Part shown: piece by piece, positions 28,614-37,646 of the stretch | Numbering within the stretch: position 1 is the first letter of the stretch | How the letters are laid out: the number at the start of each line of letters is the position of its first letter | NCBI GenBank assembly: GCA_043800335.1 | Contig: JAZDNC010000037.1 | Span: forward strand, 1-55,313 | DNA: 55,313 bases | Direction: 5' to 3' | Origin: Chloroflexota bacterium | GTDB lineage: Bacteria; Chloroflexota; Dehalococcoidia; Dehalococcoidales; JAZDNC01 | Program-made: the position numbers and the translations under genes | Notes under the pieces: model-generated | What the model was told of the DNA's origin: nothing | Databases searched by the model: none | Seen by the model: only the letters and a program-made list of their open reading frames with translations

Positions 28614-30134
28614 TTAGCCGGTACTCCGGGGGCGGTACTGGAGGGCTTCCGCCACGTGGCTTGCCCTGATGAGCTCGCTCGATTCGAGGTCGGCGATGGT
28701 GCGGGCGAGCTTCAGGATGCGGTGGAAGGCGCGGGCGGAGAGATAAAGCTGTTTCATGGCGGCTTTAAGGAGGCTCTGGGCGGGCGCTTCGGTCTGGCAG
28801 AACTTTCTCACCTCGGCGGGAGTCATCTCGGCGTTGGTGAGTAGCCTCGTTCCTTTGAAACGCTCCTGCTGGATAAGGCGCGCCGCCGCCACTCTCGCTC
28901 TCACCTTCTCCGACCTTTCACCCAGCCGGTCATCGGCAAGCTTCTCATAGTCAACGTGGGGCACGTCAACAAAGATGTCAATGCGGTCAAGAAGAGGTCC
29001 GGAGAGCCTCTTCTGGTAGCGGGTAATTGAGCTCGGGGTGCAGGTGCAGGGCTTAAAGGGGTCGCCGTAGTAACCGCAGGGGCAGGGATTTTGGGCACCC
29101 ACCAGCATGAAGTTGGCGGGGAAAGTCGCCCTGCCCTGGGCGCGGCTGATGGTGATGACCTTGTCCTCAAGAGGCTGGCGGAGCACCTCAAGCACCGAGC
29201 TGCCAAACTCGGGTAGCTCATCCAGAAAAAGGACGCCGCGGTGGCTCAGGCTTATTTCTCCGGGCTTGGGGAAATGTCCACCTCCAACCAGCCCGGCGTG
29301 GGAGATGGTGTAGTGGGGTGAGCGGAAGGGGCGCTCCCTGACCAGAGGCGTCTCCGGTGGCAGTAGCCCGCTCACGCTGTAAATCTTGGTGACCTCGATG
29401 GCTTCCTCGTTGGTCATCCGGGGCATGATTGAGGGCAAGGCGCGGGCGAGAAGGGTTTTACCGCTACCCGGGGGCCCCGTCATAATTACGTTGTGCGCCC
29501 CGGCGGCGGCGACCTCAAGAGCCCTTTTCACATGCTCCTGTCCCTTAATCTCGGCGAGGTCTGTTGTCTGAAACACCGGAACGCTGTACTCTTCCACCCC
29601 ATTACCTTTACACTCCGGCGCCGGGATTTCCTCCCGGAGGTAGCTTGTAAGCTCGGTTAATGAGGTGAAGGGGAGTATCTTCGTTCCCTCGACCAGAGAG
29701 GCTTCCCGGGCATCGGCTATCGGGACGATGGTCTTGCTTATTCCCTGTTTATGGGCTACCGCCACCATGGGCAGGATGCCGGTGGTATGGCGCAGGGTTC
29801 CATCCAGGGAAAGCTCCCCCAGGAAGATGGTATCGGAGACATCGGCGGTAACCTGCTCCGAGCTCAGGAGGATACCCACAGCGATGGGGAGGTCATAGGC
29901 GGGCCCTGCCTTTTTCAGGTCAGCCGGAGCCAGGTTCACAATGATGCGCCGGAGAGGAAAGATGCTACCGGAATTCCGGATTGCCGCACGGACTCTTTCT
30001 CTGGCTTCCTGAACGGCGGTATCGGGCAGCCCGACGACGATAAAAGTGGGTAAGCCGGGCGAGATGTCAACCTCCACCTCGACGACGGCGCCCTCCAGCC
30101 CGATGACGGCACAGCTCCTGACCTTGGCGAGCAT
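28614..30134 (-). CDS. comM: YifB/ComM Mg-chelatase-like AAA+ ATPase
   Basis: VGLPDTAVQEARER, GPPGSGKT, RSPHYT, HRGVLFLDE, NPCPCG. Confidence 0.9.
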   Translation of the reverse strand: MLAKVRSCAVIGLEGAVVEVEVDISPGLPTFIVVGLPDTAVQEARERVRAAIRNSGSIFPLRRIIVNLAPADLKKAGPAYDLPIAVGILLSSEQVTADVSDTIFLGELSLDGTLRHTTGILPMVAVAHKQGISKTIVPIADAREASLVEGTKILPFTSLTELTSYLREEIPAPECKGNGVEEYSVPVFQTTDLAEIKGQEHVKRALEVAAAGAHNVIMTGPPGSGKTLLARALPSIMPRMTNEEAIEVTKIYSVSGLLPPETPLVRERPFRSPHYTISHAGLVGGGHFPKPGEISLSHRGVLFLDELPEFGSSVLEVLRQPLEDKVITISRAQGRATFPANFMLVGAQNPCPCGYYGDPFKPCTCTPSSITRYQKRLSGPLLDRIDIFVDVPHVDYEKLADDRLGERSEKVRARVAAARLIQQERFKGTRLLTNAEMTPAEVRKFCQTEAPAQSLLKAAMKQLYLSARAFHRILKLARTIADLESSELIRASHVAEALQYRPRSTG

Positions 30135-30166
30135 TTGCCCAATATGTTACTTCGCGTGAACCTGAG

Positions 30167-30277
30167 TGTCAATGCGGGGACTTTGCGCTCCATCGCAAGC
30201 GAGGAGTCTTCAATTCAGGAGATTGCCAAGTCGCAGAGTTTACCCTGAGCGAAGCGTGAGGGCTCCTCGCATTGACA
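30167..30277. repeat. Inverted pair of GTCA(T/A)TGCG palindromic repeats
   Basis: TGTCAATGCG...CGCATTGACA ends; 30219..30276 matches 16219..16276. Confidence 0.8.
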
Positions 30278-30364
30278 CAGACACGACACTCGCCAAGACG
30301 AACGGCCAGACCGAACACTGCTGTGCTATAATTTTTCGGCAACTGAATTCCCCGGAGTCTGTTC

Positions 30365-31081
30365 ATGCATCTGAAAAGAGTCGTTCTTCATCCTGAGAAA
30401 TTCCCGACGGGGGACTGCTACCCTTTTAATCTAGAAATCTTCCAGAAGACCGGGGCAATTGACTTCGCCACACCGGTGACACTCTTCGCCGGAGAAAACG
30501 GCACCGGCAAGTCAACCCTGCTCCGGGCTATCTGCCGGCGTGCCGGCATTCACATCTGGGAGGATGTGCGCACCCGCTATCAGGCTAACCCCTATGAGGA
30601 AGCTCTCTTCAACTTCATTGAGCTGGAGTGGGAGGCGGACGCCGTCCCGGGCTCGTTCTTCTCATCACAAATCTTCCAGGACTATGTCCGCTTTCTGGAC
30701 GAGGTCGCCGCCGCCGACCCCGGCATCCTCAAGTACTTCGGCGGCAGTTCTCTCATGACCAAGTCCCACGGGCAGTCCCTCATCGCCTACTTCACCGCCC
30801 GCTACAAAATTAAAGGGCTCTACCTGATGGATGAGCCGGAGACAGCCCTCTCGCCCAAGAGCCAGCTGGGACTGCTCAGGGTGCTTAAAGAGATGAGCGA
30901 GCTCGGTCACGCCCAGTTCATCATCGCCAGCCACTCGCCGATTCTCCTCGCCTGCCCGGGCGCCCGGCTCTACAGCTTCGATGAGGCGCCGGTGAAGCCT
31001 GTAGTTTATGAGGAGACGGAGTACTATCAGGTCTACCGTAACTTCCTGAGCAACCGTGGGAAATACCTGAGCCAGCTCTAA
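30365..31081 (+). CDS. Stand-alone ABC/AAA-type ATPase (COG3910-like)
   Basis: GENGTGKST, SHGQS, LYLMDEPETALSP, IASHSP. Confidence 0.85.
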   Translation: MHLKRVVLHPEKFPTGDCYPFNLEIFQKTGAIDFATPVTLFAGENGTGKSTLLRAICRRAGIHIWEDVRTRYQANPYEEALFNFIELEWEADAVPGSFFSSQIFQDYVRFLDEVAAADPGILKYFGGSSLMTKSHGQSLIAYFTARYKIKGLYLMDEPETALSPKSQLGLLRVLKEMSELGHAQFIIASHSPILLACPGARLYSFDEAPVKPVVYEETEYYQVYRNFLSNRGKYLSQL

Positions 31082-31100
31082 AAACTGATTGCGGGTTCTT

Positions 31101-31267
31101 CACCCTTCGACAGGCTCAGGGTGAGCGGGCTAGTAACAGAGCGAGATTTGATAACCGCTCGTGGTTCGACAGGCTCACCACGAGACCTCCCGCTTATGGC
31201 GACGTCCCTCACCCTCCGACAAGCTCAGTGAGTCAGGTTTGTCATTGCGAGCCAAGCGAAGCAATTC
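31101..31267. repeat. Cluster of TTCGACAGGCTCA and GTCATTGCGAG palindromic repeats
   Basis: CACCCTTCGACAGGCTCAGGGTGAGCGG is identical to 47349..47376; CTCGTGGTTCGACAGGCTCACCACGAG; GTCATTGCGAGCCAAGCGAAGCAAT. Confidence 0.85.
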
Positions 31268-31313
31268 GTAATCTTGTCAGTGTGATAAATCAAGTGAAAA
31301 TAATACCAATGTT

Positions 31314-32180
31314 TTACCAGCTGATGCCCGGTTTTCTTTCCCCCATGACGGCTACAAGAAGAAGTCCGGGCCCAGTGTGCGCCCCGATGACGGGGGTAGC
31401 CCCGGAGCGGTAGATGGGTCGGTTGGGGAAGACGCTTCCCAGACGTCTTGCCAGCCTATCGGCGTCACTGCTATCGCCGCTGTGCTCCACTGCCAGAGCC
31501 TCGACTTCCTGGAAGCTCAGGACAAAATTATAAATGTGTTCTATCGCCTGGGTGCGGGAGTAGGTTCTGGTCACCGGCTCAACAACCCCATCTTTAAGGG
31601 TGATGATAGGGTTAACCTTGAGTATTGAACCCAGAAACGCCTGTGCCTTGCCGATACGCCCCCCGCGCTGAAGGTATTCAAGAGTGCTCAGGGTCGCCCT
31701 GAAGTGAACTCTGGGTATAGTCTCTTTGACTACTTTTACCGCCTCATCAAGACTGGCACCAGCCTTAGCCACCTGAGCCGCCTTCACGACCACAAAGCCT
31801 TCCGCCAGGGCTGCTACCTGAGAATCAACCACCACCACCCGGCACGGCTTCTTCATCAGTCCGATGCTCTGTAAGGCGACGCTATAGGTGCCGCTCAGGC
31901 GGGAGCTCAGAGTGATGACCAGAATCTCATCGGCTTCCCCGGCGAGCCTGTCGTAGGTCTCGGCAAAAGCTACTGGCGGCGGCACCGAGGTCACCGGTAA
32001 GACTCTACTGTTCATAAGCTTCTGGTAAAACTCGCTTACGCTGAGGTCAACCGCATCCCGGTAGACCTCATCTCCGAAACGGACAAGGAGAGGGATGGTG
32101 GTAATTCCCAGCTCCTTGAGCACCTCAGGGGGCAGGTCGGCAACACTGTCGCAGACAATCCTGAGTGTCACCCTGAACAC
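31314..32180 (-). CDS. DegV family fatty-acid-binding protein
   Basis: IVCDSVADL, TS.PP, LSSRLSGT, LEYLQRGGRIG, HTGPG. Confidence 0.9.
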   Translation of the reverse strand: MFRVTLRIVCDSVADLPPEVLKELGITTIPLLVRFGDEVYRDAVDLSVSEFYQKLMNSRVLPVTSVPPPVAFAETYDRLAGEADEILVITLSSRLSGTYSVALQSIGLMKKPCRVVVVDSQVAALAEGFVVVKAAQVAKAGASLDEAVKVVKETIPRVHFRATLSTLEYLQRGGRIGKAQAFLGSILKVNPIITLKDGVVEPVTRTYSRTQAIEHIYNFVLSFQEVEALAVEHSGDSSDADRLARRLGSVFPNRPIYRSGATPVIGAHTGPGLLLVAVMGERKPGISW

Positions 32181-32189
32181 CCCCGGCTC

Positions 32190-33113
32190 TTACGTATTGC
32201 GCTTGGAACACACGGCGGGGCAGCGCTTGCAGTTACTATCGCAGGGTTCGGCGTGAATGGTCACGTTAGCCCCGCGCAGCTTGTCTTTTATCTCCCCCTC
32301 AATATGGTCACAGATGCGGTGTGCCTCCTCAAGGCTGATTTGTTTATCCATGACCAGATGAAGGTCGATGTAGCGCTCGCTGCCGGAGCGCCGGCTGCGT
32401 AGCTCATGGAAACCGGCGACCTCGTGGTTATGAATCTTGAGAGTCTCCCTGACGATAGCTTCTTGCTCAGGGGAGAGCCTGGCGTCAATAAGCCCGGCAA
32501 GTGAGCGGGCGAGCACCCTGAGCGCTATCACAAAGATATATAAAGCCACGCCGATGGCGATTATGGCGTCAATGTAATTCAGGTTGGTTAGCCGCACCAA
32601 AAGTAGCCCCAGGAGCACGGCTACTGCCGAATAGACGTCAGCGGCGATGTTGTGGGCGTTAGCCTCGATGAGCAGAGAATCGGTAGAATGCGCAACCCTC
32701 AGCAGGTGGCGGGACAGGACGATGCTCACGACTATTGAGAGGAGCATCACCCCGATGCCGGCTTCCACCAGCTTCACCACCACACCCGCCATAATCCGCT
32801 CCACCGCCGAGACGATGATAAGCACACTGGCGACCATTATCAGTGCACCTTGAACCAAGCTACCCATGTCCTCAACCTTGCCGTGCCCGTAGGGATGGTT
32901 CTCATCGGCTGGCTTGGTGGCGATACGCACCGTGGCAAAGGTAACGATACCGGCGCAGAGGTCGAGCAGGCTGTCGGTGGTCTGAGCCATAATGCTTATA
33001 CTGCGGGTAAACCAGCTAACCGCCATCTTGAAGAGGATTAGTCCGATAACCACCCCAATCAGCAGTCTGGCGGCAAGAATTTTCTGGGCAGCTATAGTTT
33101 TTGATGAAAGCAT
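32190..33113 (-). CDS. Cation diffusion facilitator (FieF-like)
   Basis: DSLLD, KPADENHPYGHGKVE, HNIAAD, C-terminal IHAEP plus CxxC tail. Confidence 0.9.
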   Translation of the reverse strand: MLSSKTIAAQKILAARLLIGVVIGLILFKMAVSWFTRSISIMAQTTDSLLDLCAGIVTFATVRIATKPADENHPYGHGKVEDMGSLVQGALIMVASVLIIVSAVERIMAGVVVKLVEAGIGVMLLSIVVSIVLSRHLLRVAHSTDSLLIEANAHNIAADVYSAVAVLLGLLLVRLTNLNYIDAIIAIGVALYIFVIALRVLARSLAGLIDARLSPEQEAIVRETLKIHNHEVAGFHELRSRRSGSERYIDLHLVMDKQISLEEAHRICDHIEGEIKDKLRGANVTIHAEPCDSNCKRCPAVCSKRNT

Positions 33114-33182
33114 ACTCTAAGTTCTATCTCCGTGATAGGAATCAAATATAAACTTTAGCGCAATACGGTCCGCAAAGCAAAT

Positions 33183-33210
33183 CGGGCAGGGGGGGTAACT
33201 CCCCTGCCCG
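33183..33210 (-). terminator. Terminator hairpin after the CoA-transferase genes
   Basis: CGGGCAGGGG...CCCCTGCCCG inverted repeat. Confidence 0.55.
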
Positions 33211-33255
33211 TGTGACTCGATTTCCTAGATGAAGACTCGGAGGGGACTGAATTTA

Positions 33256-34473
33256 CTAGATTACACCTACCTTCTTGAGCTTGGTCAGGTCTGCCTTGGA
33301 GTAGCCCATGAGCTCGGCGTAGACCTTCTCGTTGTCCTGCCCCAAAAGCGGGGCGTTCGTCACCTCAACCGGCGACTTTTCCAGAATGGCGCCGTAACCC
33401 AGGGTCTTGTACTTCCCTCTCACCGGGTGCGTCAGCTCAACCACTTTTTTACGGAAGTTTACATGGGGGTCGTTCATCGCCTGGGTGCTGGTGTAGGTGA
33501 CGCCCGTGGAGACACCGGCGGCGGCGAGGGTGGTGAAAGCTTCATAGCCGGTCTTCTGGGAGGTCCATTCCGAAATCATCTTATCGACAATGTCCTTGTG
33601 TTTTCCCCTTACCCTCGGGTCGGCGAACCTGGGGTCGCCGATAAGCTCGGGGTGACCAATGACCTTGAGCAGGGTCTCCCACTGGTGCTGGGCGCCGAAC
33701 ATGAAGACGATGTAGACATCGTTATCCTTGGTGGGATAGATGTTGGACGGCGCGGTAGCCCCACCGCCGACACCCACCCGCCGCATCGGCTGACCCAGAA
33801 ACATCTGGTCTTCTTCCATCGTCATCAGCGTGTAGGGGGCACGACCGACGTTAATCACCGTGTCAATCATCGTTGCCTCGACGAACTGCCCCTTGCCCAT
33901 CCTCTCCCTCTGGTGGACTGCCATCATGATGGCGGAGAAGAGATTTACCCCGGCGCCTGTCTCCCCGATGTCAGGCGCGGGCTTGACCGGGGGCTTGTCG
34001 GGCCAGCCGGTGAAGGGGAAGTCCCCGGACATCGCCTGAGCGGTGGCGTCGGTAGCGGGGTAGTTGGCGTAGGGTCCGTAGGAGCCGTAGCCCGACGCCC
34101 TGGCATAGATTAGAGCAGGGTTAACCTCCTTAAGCACCTCATAACTCAGCCCCCACCTCTCCATCGTCCCCGGTTCGAAGTTTTCCACCAGCACGTCAGT
34201 CTTCTTTACCATCTCCTTGAGGATTGCCCTGCCCCTTAGCTTCTCCAGGTCAAGGGTGATGCTCTTCTTGTTCTGGTTAAAGTAAATGAAATAGAAAGAG
34301 TCTACACCCGGTTCCAGCGGCACCGTAGAGAAGTGCCGTGCTGGGTCGCCGGATCCCGGCGGTTCAATCTTGATAACATCCGCCCCGAGAAAAGCCATTA
34401 TCAGGGTGCAGGCGGGTCCCGCCTCCCACTGAGTCAGGTCTAACACTCTTAGGTCTTCAAGAGCCTTTCCCAT
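33256..34473 (-). CDS. Family III CoA-transferase (CaiB/BaiF/Frc)
   Basis: LRVLDLTQWEAGP, LGADVIKIEPP, NKKSITLDL, APLLGQDN. Confidence 0.9.
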   Translation of the reverse strand: MGKALEDLRVLDLTQWEAGPACTLIMAFLGADVIKIEPPGSGDPARHFSTVPLEPGVDSFYFIYFNQNKKSITLDLEKLRGRAILKEMVKKTDVLVENFEPGTMERWGLSYEVLKEVNPALIYARASGYGSYGPYANYPATDATAQAMSGDFPFTGWPDKPPVKPAPDIGETGAGVNLFSAIMMAVHQRERMGKGQFVEATMIDTVINVGRAPYTLMTMEEDQMFLGQPMRRVGVGGGATAPSNIYPTKDNDVYIVFMFGAQHQWETLLKVIGHPELIGDPRFADPRVRGKHKDIVDKMISEWTSQKTGYEAFTTLAAAGVSTGVTYTSTQAMNDPHVNFRKKVVELTHPVRGKYKTLGYGAILEKSPVEVTNAPLLGQDNEKVYAELMGYSKADLTKLKKVGVI

Positions 34474-34493
34474 CTAATTCTCACTTTCTCTCT

Positions 34494-35708
34494 TTAGATT
34501 ACGCCCTCAGCCTTGAGCTTGTTCAGGTCGTAGTGGGTATAGCCCAGGTACCTGCCGTATATCTCGGAGTTGTGCTCACCCAAGAGCGGCCCGTTCTCGT
34601 AATCAATCTTGTTGTCCGAGAGTCTCTGGACACAGCCGTTGGTCTTGTAGCGACCACGGTGGGGGTGGTCAAGCTCTAACACCATCCCCCGCTGGATGTA
34701 GTGGGGGTCACTCATCATCAGGGTGGTGTTCAGGGTGATACCGACGGGCACCCCGGCTTTAGCCAGCTTGTGGAAGGCATCGTAAGCTCCCTGCTTTTTC
34801 GTCCAGTCCTCAATCATCTTGTCTATCTCAGCGACACACTGCCAGCGGGCGTTGGCATCCTTGTACCTGGGGTCGCCGATGAGGTCATCCCTGCCGATTA
34901 CACGGAGGAGTCCGTCCCACTGCTTCTGCTCTCGGGCGACTATCATCAGGTAGCTGTCCTTGTCCACCTCCCCGGTCTTGTAGATGTTGTAAGGCGCAAC
35001 GCCGGGCAGGATGTTGCCGGAGCGGGGTATAGGCGCACCCTGGAAGAGGGGGTCTCTCTCCGCCTGACGCAGGGCGTAGTTAGCCCGGTTGTAGTTCATG
35101 GAGCACTCCATCATGGATACCTCAACGTACTGTCCCTCGCCGGTGATGCTGCGCTGGTGGAGGGCAGCCAGTATCGCCCCGGTAGAGAACATCCCGGAGC
35201 CGGTATCGCCGATGGACATGCCCGAGGAAACCGGCGGTTTATCCGGGTAGCCGGTCTGGCTGTAGGAGGAACCCGCCGCCTGGGCGACGCCGTCCATGCA
35301 GAAGAATTTCTCATAGGGGCCTGCCCCAAAGCCCTTGACCGTGCTCACAATCAACCGGGGGTTGATTTTCTTCAAGGCTTCATAGCCCAGACCGAGCCTG
35401 TCCATCGTCCCCGGTCCCAGGTTGTCGTGGACGACATCAACCTTTTTCGCCATCTCCTTGAAGACTTCAACTGCCTTGGGATGCTTGAGATTAAGGGTAA
35501 TGCTCTTCTTGTTCATGGTGAGACAGATGTGGTAGAAGGCATCAACGCCCTCTTTGTAGGTGGGGCGGTTCGTCCTGCCTATCTGCCCCTTATCCGGGGG
35601 TTCCACCATGATTACGGTAGCACCCAGAAAAGCCAGGGGCAGGGTAGCGGTGGTCCCAGCGGCATACTGCTCGCAGGCAAGTACGGTAACATCATCTAAC
35701 GCCTTCAT
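34494..35708 (-). CDS. Family III CoA-transferase (CaiB/BaiF/Frc)
   Basis: NKKSITLNLK, IGDTGSG with the catalytic Asp, PLLGEHN. Confidence 0.9.
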   Translation of the reverse strand: MKALDDVTVLACEQYAAGTTATLPLAFLGATVIMVEPPDKGQIGRTNRPTYKEGVDAFYHICLTMNKKSITLNLKHPKAVEVFKEMAKKVDVVHDNLGPGTMDRLGLGYEALKKINPRLIVSTVKGFGAGPYEKFFCMDGVAQAAGSSYSQTGYPDKPPVSSGMSIGDTGSGMFSTGAILAALHQRSITGEGQYVEVSMMECSMNYNRANYALRQAERDPLFQGAPIPRSGNILPGVAPYNIYKTGEVDKDSYLMIVAREQKQWDGLLRVIGRDDLIGDPRYKDANARWQCVAEIDKMIEDWTKKQGAYDAFHKLAKAGVPVGITLNTTLMMSDPHYIQRGMVLELDHPHRGRYKTNGCVQRLSDNKIDYENGPLLGEHNSEIYGRYLGYTHYDLNKLKAEGVI

Positions 35709-35903
35709 CGTCCCTTCCTTTCAACAATATGATTAAGGTTCAAAACCGGGTTAGATTTCGGTCGGCGCACCTCCTTAGCTACTGCCATGTATTTTTAGCT
35801 GTTTTATACCCATGACACTTTAGGAATTCTGGCGATATTTGTCAAGACACCGAACCCATGGTTTTTGCAATGCGCGGATTCTCTCGCAATGATGGCATTG
35901 AGC

Positions 35904-36611
35904 CTAAAGCCCGAGGAACTTGACCGCCCCGCCGCAGAGGAGGATGGTCAGCCCCGCCAGGGCATGAGAGTACCTCTCCAGCCCCCTGATACTGAAGCGG
36001 GCAAGCCCATAGAAAGAAGCCATGACGATTACCAGCATGGTGCCGATGGTAGCCAGTCCAAAGACGAGGGCGACCAGCGCCACAGCGAGCATATTGTGCC
36101 TCGCCGCCGGGTACATGATGAGGGGAATCAGCGGCTCGCAGGGACCGAAGACGAAGACGATAAAGAGCACCCAGGGGGTCATTGTTCTGGACTCAGAGGT
36201 GTGGACATGGGTATGCTCGCCGGTATGGCGGTGGATGTGGCTATGAAGCTCGCCGTCGTGGACATGGACATGCTTGTGAGGCTTATTGCGCAGTGCCCGG
36301 TGCAGTCCCCAGATGAAGTAGGTGAAGCCGAAGGCGATGAGAAGCCAGACGGCAATCTCCCCGCGGAAGGACTCAATCGCTTCCAGCCTGAAGACGGCGA
36401 TGCCGAGAGCGATGCCGATGAAGCCCAGCACCACCGAGCTGAGGATGTGCCCCAGCCCGCAGAGGAAAGTGATAACGAGGGTTTTAAGCCCGCTCCAGCC
36501 GCGCGCCTTTGCCAGCACGATGAAAGGGACATAGTGGTCGGGCCCCAGGATGGCGTGGGTCAGCCCGATGAAGGCGGCAGTTCCAGCGATAATCAAAACT
36601 TCAGAAGACAT
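35904..36611 (-). CDS. Ni/Co transporter-type membrane protein (NicO/RcnA/UreH-like) with His-rich loop
   Basis: HAILGPDH, GLGH, HKHVHVHDGELHSHIHRH, GPCE. Confidence 0.8.
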   Translation of the reverse strand: MSSEVLIIAGTAAFIGLTHAILGPDHYVPFIVLAKARGWSGLKTLVITFLCGLGHILSSVVLGFIGIALGIAVFRLEAIESFRGEIAVWLLIAFGFTYFIWGLHRALRNKPHKHVHVHDGELHSHIHRHTGEHTHVHTSESRTMTPWVLFIVFVFGPCEPLIPLIMYPAARHNMLAVALVALVFGLATIGTMLVIVMASFYGLARFSIRGLERYSHALAGLTILLCGGAVKFLGL

Positions 36612-36689
36612 AATTAGTAATCCTTTTGAGAGAATGGAAAGTAAGAGAATGATACTGGATTATAAGGTAGGTGTCAATTCAGAAAAAAA

Positions 36690-37475
36690 CTAAGCTGGAG
36701 GGAATGTCACTTGGCGACTACGGCGGCTAAAACAGGCGATGCAAGCACAAGCAGCATCAGTCGACAGGTGCGACAGACCGTGAATCACACCGCTGTCTTG
36801 GTCAAATCTCGGAGCTATGGAATCAAAATCACCAGTAAGCTTAGCGTGATATCTTCCGTAAATTGCATTCGCGCAGAAATCCGCATACTGTAAAAGTCTA
36901 GTATCCTTGGCTGGAGCAAATAAAGGTACATCGCAAACGTTGTGGAGCAAACCCCAGCGAGTGCCCTGTTCACTTAACCGCCGAGCTAAAAGGGCAATGG
37001 TTTTCTGATAACTAGATTCTGCAAGAACGATAAGGCCACGTTGTTCATCTCTACCTTCCGCCGTCATTTGACGGTTTAGGCGACTCAGAAACAAATCGAA
37101 ACGGCTAACTAAGTCTTCGAATGCACGCTCATAAGGGTCTTCTGAGCGCGCATGTGCCAGTCTCTTTTCTATAGCACATCCAAATAAGATACCACGCCGA
37201 TTTCGTAAAATGGAATATATTCTTTCCCTAAGCTCTCTCCTCTTTTCATCGCTTAGGCTATTCCAAGGCTCTTCGACCTTTTCGCCCTCTCTTACTCTAA
37301 GCTTTGTAGCATGAAACAAAATAGGAGCTGTTGTGCCAGGGAAGTACTGCTGTTGTAAGTTGTCGAGCTCCTGACTAAACCAGTAGATTTCCCGTTCAAA
37401 AACAGCGAGCCCAGCTACAACAAAATAGCTGGACTCTGGTGTGGTACCTGATTCATCCAAATATAGAATGTACAC
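36690..37475 (-). CDS. DUF3800 family protein (RNase H-like fold)
   Basis: N-terminal LYLDESG, FHAT, C-terminal LQYADF; AT-richer than flanks; start uncertain (GTG 37475 or 37514). Confidence 0.8.
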   Translation of the reverse strand: MYILYLDESGTTPESSYFVVAGLAVFEREIYWFSQELDNLQQQYFPGTTAPILFHATKLRVREGEKVEEPWNSLSDEKRRELRERIYSILRNRRGILFGCAIEKRLAHARSEDPYERAFEDLVSRFDLFLSRLNRQMTAEGRDEQRGLIVLAESSYQKTIALLARRLSEQGTRWGLLHNVCDVPLFAPAKDTRLLQYADFCANAIYGRYHAKLTGDFDSIAPRFDQDSGVIHGLSHLSTDAACACIACFSRRSRQVTFPPA

Positions 37476-37646
37476 GAATAAACTATACAGCAGTCGGGGG
37501 AGTTTTTGCTCCACGGGCTCAGCTAGCAGCCCTCCCGGACTAAATTTACACTACCATAAACCTAAGACTGTGTCAAGTTGTGGATCTCTTCGTTGGGAAT
37601 CGCACTTTTGTGTATCGCTTAGAGGAAGATAATGACAAGGTTGGTT

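Noticed and set aside
33229-36617. Long plus-strand ORFs 33229..34113, 34701..35699 and 35865..36617
   Set aside because: Fully antisense to motif-supported CoA-transferase and Ni/Co transporter genes
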